The translations under genes were made by a program, and so were the position numbers. A stretch of 64,000 nt of DNA, taken from assembly GCA_029262755.1 (NCBI GenBank), contig JAJCYU010000008.1:114-64113 (forward strand). Reading direction: 5' to 3'. This document shows, in pieces, positions 9,090 to 17,533 of the stretch. Each line of letters starts with the position of its first letter. The stretch's first letter is position 1. The notes under the pieces were generated by a model. That model was not told the origin of the DNA. It made no database searches and saw only the letters and a list, made by a program, of their open reading frames with translations. This DNA is from Anaerolineae bacterium (GTDB lineage: Bacteria; Chloroflexota; Anaerolineae; Epilineales; Epilineaceae).

Positions 9090-9953
9090 TCACGGGCCGG
9101 GGAAGGCAATCAGTGCATCTCCGATGGGATAGGCATCGTCCGGACATGAATCGCCGTAGAATAACGGGTCGCCCCACTCGGTATCCGCTGTCCATTGGAA
9201 CGGACCCTTCAGGCGCGCTAGCCGGGAGCGTGGAACCGTGACAGTTAGAGTCTGGCCGTCGACGACGGGCCCTACCAGATCGAATGACTTCGAGGCAACA
9301 AAGTCGAATATGGCCGCGTACCAGTTTGCTCTGATCAACTCGGCGCTGATCGTGTAAAGGGTTCGATCTTCGTAAACAATGCTCGCGCCCCAAAAGTACG
9401 CGTCGAACTCAGACCCTAGCACGCTGGAGTCAGACGGGATTGGGCCTACGGCATCAAAGGCCACCTTGAGGGAGTTTCCGTCGGCTTCGAGGCGTACGGC
9501 TTGCAAATCGAGCCCAGGAATGGGGTCGGGCGGAGCGGTGCCATCCCCATCGCCCGTGTCGCCCACGCTGTCCGAGCAGACGGCTGAACCCTTGAACGTG
9601 AACTCTTGCGCCGGAGTGCGTTGCCTCTGCGTTGTGGAAGTTGGTGTTCGAGGTGTCTTTGTGGGCGCATCGGATTCCGCGTCCGAATTGCTCGAAGCCT
9701 CGGCGGCCGATTCGGATGGGGTAGCGGTGTGGGTGACCGACGCCCCCGATCCTTCGCTAGCCGCCTGCGGAGTTGACGTTGCTGCGCGGTCACCGTCGTT
9801 GTCCGAGGGAAGCGACTGCACTTCACCGCACGCTCCACAGACTGCGAAGGGAGCCAGGCCCGCCAGAACCAGCACCTTCCGCCAGCCGCGTCCGCGACTA
9901 CAGGCTGGAATGCCATTCTTGGGTGCCAAAGTGTCGCCCGTGCCACTTCTCAT
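9090..9953 (-). CDS. Secreted or lipoprotein-like hypothetical protein with a Ser/Thr/Pro/Asp-rich linker and a C-terminal globular domain
   Basis: Signal-peptide-like VLVLAGLAPFAVCGAC followed by a low-complexity ST-rich region. The start codon is uncertain. Confidence 0.5.
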   Translation of the reverse strand: MRSGTGDTLAPKNGIPACSRGRGWRKVLVLAGLAPFAVCGACGEVQSLPSDNDGDRAATSTPQAASEGSGASVTHTATPSESAAEASSNSDAESDAPTKTPRTPTSTTQRQRTPAQEFTFKGSAVCSDSVGDTGDGDGTAPPDPIPGLDLQAVRLEADGNSLKVAFDAVGPIPSDSSVLGSEFDAYFWGASIVYEDRTLYTISAELIRANWYAAIFDFVASKSFDLVGPVVDGQTLTVTVPRSRLARLKGPFQWTADTEWGDPLFYGDSCPDDAYPIGDALIAFPGP

Positions 9954-10159
9954 AAAGCCTTCTCCCCATAGCCTCTCGGTTGCCGCGATGAGTAATGATC
10001 CCCTCAATCGCAGCCCGCGCAAGGCTGTCGTAGAATCGGCGGTAGGGTCGGTAAGTGCACACCACCCTCCTGACCGAGCCGCATCTCGCTCGGTGTAGGA
10101 GCAGAGGCGAGATGCGACCGTCTAGAACGAATCCAGCCCGGCCCAGATAATGGAACAAG

Positions 10160-10785
10160 GTGTCCACTCGGCTGTACCACCTCACCCATGGCAGCAACCT
10201 GGCGGCGATCATCGCGCAGGGTGGATTGCGCTGCAAGCGGCAATTGCGGGAGGCCAACGTCGACCATCGAGACGTCGCGCGGCGCCCCCTGCAGGAGAGG
10301 AGATCCACCAGGCAGGTTCGTAAAGGGCCTGGCGGCACACTCCACGATTTCGTGCCTCTCTACTTCGCGCCGCGACCGCCCATGCTTTACGCGCTACTCG
10401 ATCCGAAGAGGCCAGATGGTCCTGTCGACGAACGCGCGATGAACTATCTGGTCACCGACACAGACATGGTCGAGCGTCACGAGCGACCCTTCGTCTTCAC
10501 CGATGGCCACGCGGTGATGGGGTTCACGCAGTTCCACAACAGTCTTGATGAACTGCCTCTGCTGGACTGGGAGGTCATTGAAAGCAGAGACTGGGCGGAC
10601 ACTAACGACGATCCGGACCGAAAGCGACGCAAGCAAGCCGAATTCCTCATTGCCGAGGAGGTTCCCTGGGCGATGATTCAGGAGATGGAGTCTTCGATGA
10701 GGTTGTCGAAGCCCGCGTTCGCGAGATCGTGCGCCAGGCCGGATCGGATCACGAGCCGACGGTACGCGTGCAACCCGGCTGGTAA
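10160..10785 (+). CDS. darT: DarT (DUF4433) ssDNA thymidine ADP-ribosyltransferase toxin with an apparent 1-nt frameshift near 10679–10689 (pseudogene or sequencing error)
   Basis: N-terminus VSTRLYHLTHGSNLAAIIAQGGL is the DUF4433 signature. Frame A runs through EFLIAEEVPWAMIQ. A second frame then reads GVFDEVVEARVREIVRQAGSDHEPTVRVQPGW*, which matches a DarT C-terminus. The span is 626 nt, one short of 3n. GTG start. Confidence 0.75.
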
Positions 10786-10808
10786 TATCATGTTGGAGGG
10801 AGGTCCCG

Positions 10809-11870
10809 ATGATCGAGCTTGGACGTGGCAACATTCTAGAGGTCGAAGCCGAGGCGCTCGTGAACACCGTCAACTGCGTCGGTGTTATGGGCAAGGGCAT
10901 CGCTCTGCAGTTCAAGCGGGCCTTTCCGCACAATTACGCTGCCTACCGGAAAGCGTGCGACGCAGGCGACGTCGCCCCTGGACGAATGCACGTCCATGCG
11001 ACGTCATCCTTGGTCGGGCCTCGGATCATCATCAACTTCCCGACGAAGCGCCACTGGCGCAATCCTTCTCAACTGGACGACGTCACGGAAGGGCTACGCG
11101 ACCTCGTCTGGATCGTGCGGGAGCACGGGATTCAGTCGATTGCGGTACCTCCGCTCGGATGCGGCAATGGCGGCCTTGATTGGGCGCAGGTGGAACCGCT
11201 CATCCGGAAGGCGTTCGAGCCGCTCGAAACAGTGCGCGTCATTCTCTATACGCCTGGTTACGCGCCCAGCGCGCGCGAGCGCCGACCGGCGCCCGGAGCG
11301 TGGAAGTGGACACCTGCCCGATCGCTGATGGTGCAGCTGATGGATGCTTACCGTCAGGGCGAGTACCGACTAAGCCTGCTTGAGATACAGAAACTCGCCT
11401 ACTTCATGCAGGAGGCGGGCGAGCCGATGAAGTTGAACTTCGTCAAGGCCGTGTACGGGCCGTACGCGGACAACGTGAGCCACCTGCTCCAGTCGATGGA
11501 AGGCCACGCGATCGATGGGGCAACAGACGAGCGGTCACCCGAAACGGAGATCGGGCTGCTCGAAGGCGCGGCCGAAGAGGCCCGCGACTATGCGATCGAT
11601 TCGTCTACGGTGGGCAGGCTCACTAGGGTGCTCAGCCTTATCGAAGGCTTCGAGACGCCGTATGGGATGGAGCTGCTCGCTTCGGTGCATTGGGTAGCGC
11701 GCGAGAGCGTGACCCACGAGAGGCCGTTGAATGACGATGCGCTTGTTCAGGCTATTCACGCCTGGAACGAGCGGAAGCGTCGATTGCTCAAGCCGGAGCA
11801 CATTCGCGTTGCGGCGAAGCATCTGCGCGCTCATGGTTGGATGGGCCAGTCATTGGCCGTGCCGGCCTAG
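10809..11870 (+). CDS. darG: DarG antitoxin (N-terminal macrodomain, ADP-ribosyl-DNA glycohydrolase)
   Basis: ILEVEAEALVNTVNCVGVMGKGIALQFKRAFP is a macrodomain signature. GGAGG RBS. Position is immediately after darT. Confidence 0.85.
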   Translation: MIELGRGNILEVEAEALVNTVNCVGVMGKGIALQFKRAFPHNYAAYRKACDAGDVAPGRMHVHATSSLVGPRIIINFPTKRHWRNPSQLDDVTEGLRDLVWIVREHGIQSIAVPPLGCGNGGLDWAQVEPLIRKAFEPLETVRVILYTPGYAPSARERRPAPGAWKWTPARSLMVQLMDAYRQGEYRLSLLEIQKLAYFMQEAGEPMKLNFVKAVYGPYADNVSHLLQSMEGHAIDGATDERSPETEIGLLEGAAEEARDYAIDSSTVGRLTRVLSLIEGFETPYGMELLASVHWVARESVTHERPLNDDALVQAIHAWNERKRRLLKPEHIRVAAKHLRAHGWMGQSLAVPA

Positions 11871-12054
11871 GAGTGGTCATCGGCCCTGCGCGCCCCCGCC
11901 GACAGATCAATCCGACACGCCTCCAGAACCTCCGCCAAGAACGACTCTTCCAATCCCACGGTTCTCGTCTAGAAGTCCATGAGCTCCTTCAGCGGGGTTG
12001 CCCGAAGACCAGCCGGTAGGCGACCAGGCTTTGATTGAGCCGCACGATAAAAAT

Positions 12055-12219
12055 CCCGTGCGTATACCGACGAAAGCGGGCACCTGTCAGCGAAAGACCC
12101 GTTCACCCATGTCCAATCCGGGCACTTTTAGCACCCTGTCAGGACCCAGCGTCGCTTCGCTCCGACAGCTGCCCGGTTTCCTCGGAATGGGTGCCCGCTT
12201 TCGTCGGAATGAGCACGGG
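12055..12219. mobile_element. 165-bp element bounded by 30-bp imperfect terminal inverted repeats (24/30 identical) with internal sub-repeats; MITE-like or structured RNA
   Basis: Left arm cccgtgcgtataccgacgaaagcgggcacc (12055–12084). Reverse complement of the right arm 12190–12219 is cccgtgctcattccgacgaaagcgggcacc. Internal repeats ctgtcag/ccgacag and tcggaatg. Confidence 0.5.
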
Positions 12220-12890
12220 TGCGCGATTGCCAGCTCCCCGGAGCCACCACCCCATGACCATCTACGACCGCATCGGCCACCACTACGCCACGCGCCGCCG
12301 CCAAGACCCCCTTCGTCGAAGGCGAAGCCGTACTCGCCGCGGAGGCCGTTGAGGATGGCGTTGCTGCCGGCCTCGCCGACGTGGTAGTGGTAACCGGGCA
12401 CAGCGTCGGAGTGGCCGCCGTTCGCGTCGAGGTCCGTCGGCGCTTGGCCGGCCTCGTCGTGGCTGGCGCAGAGGCCGTAGCCGTCGACGGCGTAGCCGAT
12501 GAGCGGTGCGTGATCTTCCTCGGTCGCCACCTCAACCGTGCAGCCGGTGTGGGCGCGGTAGTGGTAGCCGGCCACGGGGTTGACGTGACCGCCGCAGTCG
12601 TCGAAGGGTGCCAGGGTGTAGGCGCCGAGGATGGCGTCGACGGGGGCGGCCAGGTCCTGCGCGGCCTCTTGCGCTCCCGTTTGCTGCGCTCCGGCCTGTT
12701 ACACGCCGGTCTCTGGCGCGTCGGAATCCGGCGCCTCGCGGTCTTCTGGGGCCTGCTCGACGGCCTCCGGCGCGGCCATTCGCGCGGTCGGGGGAGGGTC
12801 GACCGGCCGGGCGCAACCGGCGAGCGGCACGAGCGCTGCGAGGACGTCCGCGGCCAAGGAGGCCGGGAGAGATGCGCGGGACGGGTGCAT
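12087..12890 (-). pseudogene. YHYH-family lipoprotein gene interrupted by an in-frame TAA (12699–12701); its 3' end runs into the inverted-repeat element
   Basis: Lipoprotein signal MHPSRASLPASLAADVLAALVPLAGC, then ...PETGV*QAGAQQ... in the same frame, then GYHYRAHTGC and GYHYHVGEAG (YHYH motifs). Confidence 0.55.
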
Positions 12891-13036
12891 GGGACGACTC
12901 TGAAGGGCGAAGCGACGCGCCCGGGTTGCACAACGGGGTGGAGGATACGGGTCGTCTGTTAGGCGGCGGCAAGGGGCGGCGCAAGGAGAAGGTTGGTTGA
13001 CTGCGATGGCGAGCGGTGGGGTCGCCAATCTCACGG

Positions 13037-15868
13037 TCAGGAGGTCTCGTCGCTCCCTCCGCCGCCGTCCCCGCCGCCCGTACCACCGCCCTCCTGCGCC
13101 ACCCGCCGCATGATGCGCCGTGCCACGCGCTCGATCCCGAGCGCAGCGCCCTCCGCGCGCGCCGCCGCGTGCGCCTGCGTGCGCAGCGGCTCGAGGACCC
13201 GGTCGTAGTCCTCCACGGCGAGGTCGAGGTGACCTTCGGCGGCACCGACGATCCACGCCGCCTCCTCGCCGCGGTCGAGGTCCAGGCACGTTATGGCGAG
13301 AGCGGCCAAGGCGAGGCAGATGTAATTCTCCGTCCCGAGGTTCTGTTCCGAGCGTAGCAGGTAGTCCAGGCTATTGAGGAGGATGGGCATGGCGTCTCGC
13401 GTTCGTCCGTCCAGGGCCAGGGAGGCGGCCCACTCGGTCTTCGACTTGGCGACCATGTCGCGGTTGCCCAACGCGGCGTAGCCTTCGATTGCGCTGCATG
13501 CATGCTCCGCGGCGGCGCCGGGTTCGCCGAGCCGGCGATAGCAGATGGCGACCATGCTGTGGGCGCCCGCCTCGTACTGCTGGTAGCGGATGCCGCGGAA
13601 GACGTCCAGCGCCTCCTGGAAGCCGGCGAGCGATTCCTCGAGCCGCCCTTGTTGCATGCGCAGATTGGCCAAGGTGGCTAGTGAGGTGCCGAGCGTCACC
13701 GAGTTGATGTCGCTGCGGTCTAGGCCGAGGACCTCCTCCAGCAGTTGCTCCGCCCTCGACGCAAGGCCGATGTTGGATGCCGTAAGGGCCGCTGTCTGCA
13801 GCGCCTGACCAAGGCCACGTGAGGTGCCTTCCTCGCGTACGAGAGCCAATCTGCGCAGGGCCGCCTCGTAGGCTGCTTCCCGCTTGTTTTGAAATTTCAG
13901 GAGCGAATGCTCGATATACGCCGCAAGCCGCCGTTCCTCGGGGCCGTCGGCACCGTGGGCCAGAACGTGCGCTTCTTCCAACAACGTCATCGCGGCCTGC
14001 GACTCACCACGGACATAGAGCTGGCGTCCCAGGGAACAAAGTGCCCGCGCTCGAAGAAGGCTCTGCTCGGCAGGCGTATCCCGTTCCAAGAGCACGTGCG
14101 CGAGCGCGAGCAGATCGGGCATCGCATAGCGCACCGTCCAGTAGGCGATGACGTTCGCGAAGACCTTCATGCCCGCGGTCACGTCGCCCTCGGTGCTTGC
14201 CCAGCGCAGCGCGGCGAGGAGGTTGTCGCGATCGCGATCGAGCCGATCCAGCGTATCCGACATCGCCTCTCCCCTCAGGCCGTCTCTCGCTGAATCGCAC
14301 AGCGCCGCGGCCCACGCGAGATGCCGCTCGCGCAGCCGGACCTCGGCGCCCGCTTCGGCCAGGCGCTGCGCGGCGAACGCGCGCACCGACTCCAGCAGGT
14401 CGTAGCGCGGGGGGGTGTCGTCGGTGTCCACAGTCACCAGCGATTTCTCGACGAGCTCGCTGAGCAGGTCCAGCACCGCCCAATCCTCGACCGCCTCGCC
14501 GGCGCAGACGGCCTCCGCCGCCTCCAGGTCGAAGCCGCCGGCGAAGACGCACAGTCGTTGCAGCAGCGCCTGCTCGGGCTCGTCGAGCAGGCGGTAGCTC
14601 CAGTCCAGCGTCTCGTGCAGGGCCTGGTGGCGGGGCAGTGCCGTGCGCCGGCCGGCGGTGAGCAGGCGGAAGCGCTGGTCGAGGCGGTCGAGGATCTGCC
14701 GGGGCGACATCGCCTTTACCCGCGCCGCCGCCAACTCGATGGCCAGCGGCAGACCGTCCAGGCGCCGGCAGAGCTCCACCACGTCGGCCGTGTTGCCGGC
14801 GTCGAGCGCGAAGTCGCGCCGAACAGCCTTCGCGCGGTCGAGAAAGAGTCGTACCGCGGCGTAGTCCGCGGCCGTTTCGGGTGTCGGGGGCGCTTCGTTC
14901 TCGGGCGGCGCGCTGAGGGCCGGCACGGCGTAGACGTGCTCGCCGTCAACGCGCAAGGCCTCGCGGCTGGTGGCCAGGACGCTCAGGCCGGGATGGGCCA
15001 TGGCGAGCGATTCGACGAGCGTCGCGCAGGAATCGATGACATGTTCGCAGTTGTCGAGCAGCAGCAGGAGCCGGCGCTCCTGCAGGAAGTCGTGCAGGGT
15101 GGCCTCCAGCGGCCGTCCCGGCTGCTCGCGCAGGCCGAGGCCCGCGGCCACCGATTCGACCACGCCCGCGCCGGGCTGGAGGGACGCAAGGTCAACCAGC
15201 CACGCGCCCTGCGGGAAGCTGCGCAAGGCCTGGAGCGCGGCGTGCAGCGCCAGCCGCGTCTTGCCCGTGCCGCCGGGGCCGGTGAGGGTGACGATGCCGT
15301 GGCGCCCGATGGCCTCCGTGACATGGGCCAACGAGCGCTGGCGCCCCACGAAGCTGCTGCGCCCGCGCGGAAGATTGTGCGGCGGGTCGGCGGAGCCGGC
15401 GGCGACGGGCGCGCCGGCCGGGGGCCCGGCGAGGTCGGCGTCGGAGCCGAACCCAGAGCGGGCGCGTTGGGCGGCGGCCTCGTCGCCCAGCGCGCGGTGC
15501 ACGCTCTCGGCCAGGCGGGGCAGGGCGGCGTCGAAGCCGAGGGCATGAGCGTCCACGTACTGGATGCGCCCGAGCTGGAAGTGCAGCTCGGTGGGCTGGA
15601 GCAGCACGGGCAGCACCGGCGTGCCGCGATCCAGGGCGTGCTGCCACTCGTCCTCGACGTTGGAGGAGGCCATGGCCGCCGGCGTCACGACGAGGATGAG
15701 GACGTCCGCCGAACGTAGCGCCTCTTGGATGGCCGTGCTCCAGCGCGCGCCGCCGTGGATGCCCTCACGGTCGATCCACGGCTCGATGCCGTGCGCGGGC
15801 AGGGCGGCGGCCAGGCGACGCGTAAACGGCTCGTCGCAGCGAGCGTAGCTGAGGAAGGCGCGGATCAT
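13037..15868 (-). CDS. TIR–NB-ARC–TPR STAND NTPase (bacterial TIR-domain STAND; candidate antiviral sensor with NADase effector)
   Basis: TIR domain FLSYARCDEP...WIDREGIHGGARW...ADVLILVVTPAAMASSNVEDEW contains the catalytic-Glu motif. P-loop GPGGTGKTRLAL, Walker B LLLLLDNCEH, LATSRE, then multiple TPR-like repeats. The ATG shares an ATGA overlap with the upstream ATPase stop. Confidence 0.85.
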   Translation of the reverse strand: MIRAFLSYARCDEPFTRRLAAALPAHGIEPWIDREGIHGGARWSTAIQEALRSADVLILVVTPAAMASSNVEDEWQHALDRGTPVLPVLLQPTELHFQLGRIQYVDAHALGFDAALPRLAESVHRALGDEAAAQRARSGFGSDADLAGPPAGAPVAAGSADPPHNLPRGRSSFVGRQRSLAHVTEAIGRHGIVTLTGPGGTGKTRLALHAALQALRSFPQGAWLVDLASLQPGAGVVESVAAGLGLREQPGRPLEATLHDFLQERRLLLLLDNCEHVIDSCATLVESLAMAHPGLSVLATSREALRVDGEHVYAVPALSAPPENEAPPTPETAADYAAVRLFLDRAKAVRRDFALDAGNTADVVELCRRLDGLPLAIELAAARVKAMSPRQILDRLDQRFRLLTAGRRTALPRHQALHETLDWSYRLLDEPEQALLQRLCVFAGGFDLEAAEAVCAGEAVEDWAVLDLLSELVEKSLVTVDTDDTPPRYDLLESVRAFAAQRLAEAGAEVRLRERHLAWAAALCDSARDGLRGEAMSDTLDRLDRDRDNLLAALRWASTEGDVTAGMKVFANVIAYWTVRYAMPDLLALAHVLLERDTPAEQSLLRARALCSLGRQLYVRGESQAAMTLLEEAHVLAHGADGPEERRLAAYIEHSLLKFQNKREAAYEAALRRLALVREEGTSRGLGQALQTAALTASNIGLASRAEQLLEEVLGLDRSDINSVTLGTSLATLANLRMQQGRLEESLAGFQEALDVFRGIRYQQYEAGAHSMVAICYRRLGEPGAAAEHACSAIEGYAALGNRDMVAKSKTEWAASLALDGRTRDAMPILLNSLDYLLRSEQNLGTENYICLALAALAITCLDLDRGEEAAWIVGAAEGHLDLAVEDYDRVLEPLRTQAHAAARAEGAALGIERVARRIMRRVAQEGGGTGGGDGGGGSDETS

Positions 15869-16431
15869 GGACGCCACCCCCACAACGCCCCCACGGGCAC
15901 GGCATGGATGTTCGCCGCGAAGGGCACGACCTCGCTGCCGCCGTAGATCACCAAGCCGCGGTGGAAGCGCTCGCCGGCCAGTTCGGCGAAGGCGCGGATG
16001 CCGCGCAGGTGACGATCGGAGAGGGAGGTGGAGGCCTTCACCTCGATGGCCACGCAGCGGCCCTGAGCGTCTTCCAGGATGAGGTCAACTTCCCGTCCTC
16101 GATGCGTGCGCAGGTGGTGGAGGTGGGCGCGCGTCGTCGACCAACCCAGCTGCTTGGCGATCTCCGTCGACACGAAGGTCTCGAGCAACGGGCCGATGGG
16201 CGTGGGCTCGGTGCGCAGACGCTCCGGGCTCAAGCCCAGGAGGTGGGCCGCAAGGCCGGAGTCGCTGATCACGGTCGCGTCGTCCAACGGGAGATAGCGT
16301 GCGGGGAGGGCCTCTTCCGCAAGGGCGCGGACGAGCGTGCTCTTGCCGACCTGCCGCGCGCCCGACAGGAAGACGACGGGCGTATCGGCAAGTGCGGCCA
16401 GCAAAGGTGGTGTTAGGGCGCGGGGCTTCAT
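15865..16431 (-). CDS. Short DUF4143-family ATP-binding protein: Walker A followed directly by the DUF4143/PD-(D/E)xK module, with the central AAA region missing
   Basis: FLSGARQVGKSTLVRAL, and VDLILEDAQGRCVAIEVKAS gives D…EVK. Only 188 aa, versus ~400 aa for typical COG1373 members. Confidence 0.7.
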   Translation of the reverse strand: MKPRALTPPLLAALADTPVVFLSGARQVGKSTLVRALAEEALPARYLPLDDATVISDSGLAAHLLGLSPERLRTEPTPIGPLLETFVSTEIAKQLGWSTTRAHLHHLRTHRGREVDLILEDAQGRCVAIEVKASTSLSDRHLRGIRAFAELAGERFHRGLVIYGGSEVVPFAANIHAVPVGALWGWRP

Positions 16432-16454
16432 GGGCGAGAGCGTAGTACGTGTGT

Positions 16455-16493
16455 GGTGGAATATCCACCACGCTATGGCGGATATTCCACCGT
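16455..16493. promoter_or_regulatory. Inverted pair of GGTGGAATATCC(A/G)CC motifs 25–60 bp upstream of the ATPase/TIR operon start; candidate operator
   Basis: gtggtggaatatccaccac ... atggcggatattccaccgtg; the second copy is the reverse complement of the first. Confidence 0.4.
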
Positions 16494-16525
16494 GTACGAA
16501 CGGGCGTGGCCATCCGGTCGCACAC

Positions 16526-16692
16526 CTAGTAGTCCAACCAGCCTGAATCTACGGGTTCGGGAGCCACTGCATCCACGCCAGCGGCCCGCCGCTCGTCGGC
16601 AATAGCGATGCTATTCAGTCCTCTCTGCGAACCACCGGCGCGGCGCATTGGCTCCCTCACTACCCGCATCTCCAAGCTGGTTGGACTACTAG
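16526..16692. repeat. Perfect 17-bp inverted repeat pair (CTAGTAGTCCAACCAGC / GCTGGTTGGACTACTAG) flanking 133 bp; MITE-like element or long RNA stem
   Basis: Exact reverse-complement match at 16526–16542 and 16676–16692. Confidence 0.5.
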
Positions 16693-16850
16693 CCGGTTAC
16701 GCCGGCCTCGGCCAGCCGGGCGCGCGCGTACTGGCGCACGGTCTCCAGCAGCCGTTGGTGCGTCGCCTCGCCCATGGCCTCTTTCTACGACGGCGGCCCA
16801 GGGCGCGACCTGAGCCGCGTCCCAGCGGGCGGCGCCCGGCCGGCAGGCCC

Positions 16851-17522
16851 TCAGGCCCAGATCCGCCCCCGCCGCGGATCGCCCTCCGACGCGCTCGGCA
16901 AAGCCAGCGCTGTCCCCGCCGCCACCCGCGCCGCGCTCCACGCCCCTGCCGCAGCGTCCACGATATCGTCCGCGCCTACGTGCCCGCACGGGAGCGTCTC
17001 CGGCAGCCGGATTCCCGCCTCTGCCAGCAGCACCACCCGCTCGCGCAACCCGTTCCACGACTTCTTCGCGAACGGCAGCACATCGCCCTTCATCGCCCGG
17101 AACGAGACCTCCGGGTGCACCTCGAACACGCGCGAATCGGCGGCGAGCGCGTCGGCCTCGAATATGTTGAGGCGCAGCGCGTAGGTCTGGCGAGAGATGC
17201 CCTTGCTGTAGAGCTTGCGCGATACCGCGTTGGCCTCGGCGTAGGTATCGGCCTGGAGGACCTCGCGGTGCGGCATGGGGAAGACGCTCGAGCGACGAGC
17301 ACCCACGAACGCGCGCGCCTCGAGATCGGCCGGTCGCGAATCGCCCTCCGGGAAGCCGATGGGCACGTCGATGCCGAAGGCCAGCGCGTCGGGGTGCGCG
17401 GCCACGATCTCGGCCAGCGTGGCGTAGACCGCGCAATCGGCGAAGGCGCCGTCCTCGAGTTCAACGGCCACCCACTTGGTCTTGGCGCCGTCGATGCCGA
17501 CGACTTTGGTCACGGTGTGCAT
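16851..17522 (-). CDS. DUF429-family protein (predicted RNase H-like fold)
   Basis: MHTVTKVVGIDGAKTKWVAVELEDG is the DUF429 N-terminal signature. The annotated ORF extends upstream through Arg-rich low-complexity sequence that is unlikely to be real. Confidence 0.6.
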   Translation of the reverse strand: MHTVTKVVGIDGAKTKWVAVELEDGAFADCAVYATLAEIVAAHPDALAFGIDVPIGFPEGDSRPADLEARAFVGARRSSVFPMPHREVLQADTYAEANAVSRKLYSKGISRQTYALRLNIFEADALAADSRVFEVHPEVSFRAMKGDVLPFAKKSWNGLRERVVLLAEAGIRLPETLPCGHVGADDIVDAAAGAWSAARVAAGTALALPSASEGDPRRGRIWA

Positions 17523-17533
17523 CGAAGCGTCCT

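Noticed and set aside
10160-11179. 339-aa ORF reading from darT straight through the first third of darG
   Set aside because: After ~10690 it is out of phase with the conserved DarT C-terminus, which is found in the +1 frame and ends at 10785. It would overlap the well-supported darG by 370 bp, so it is a read-through artefact of the darT frameshift.
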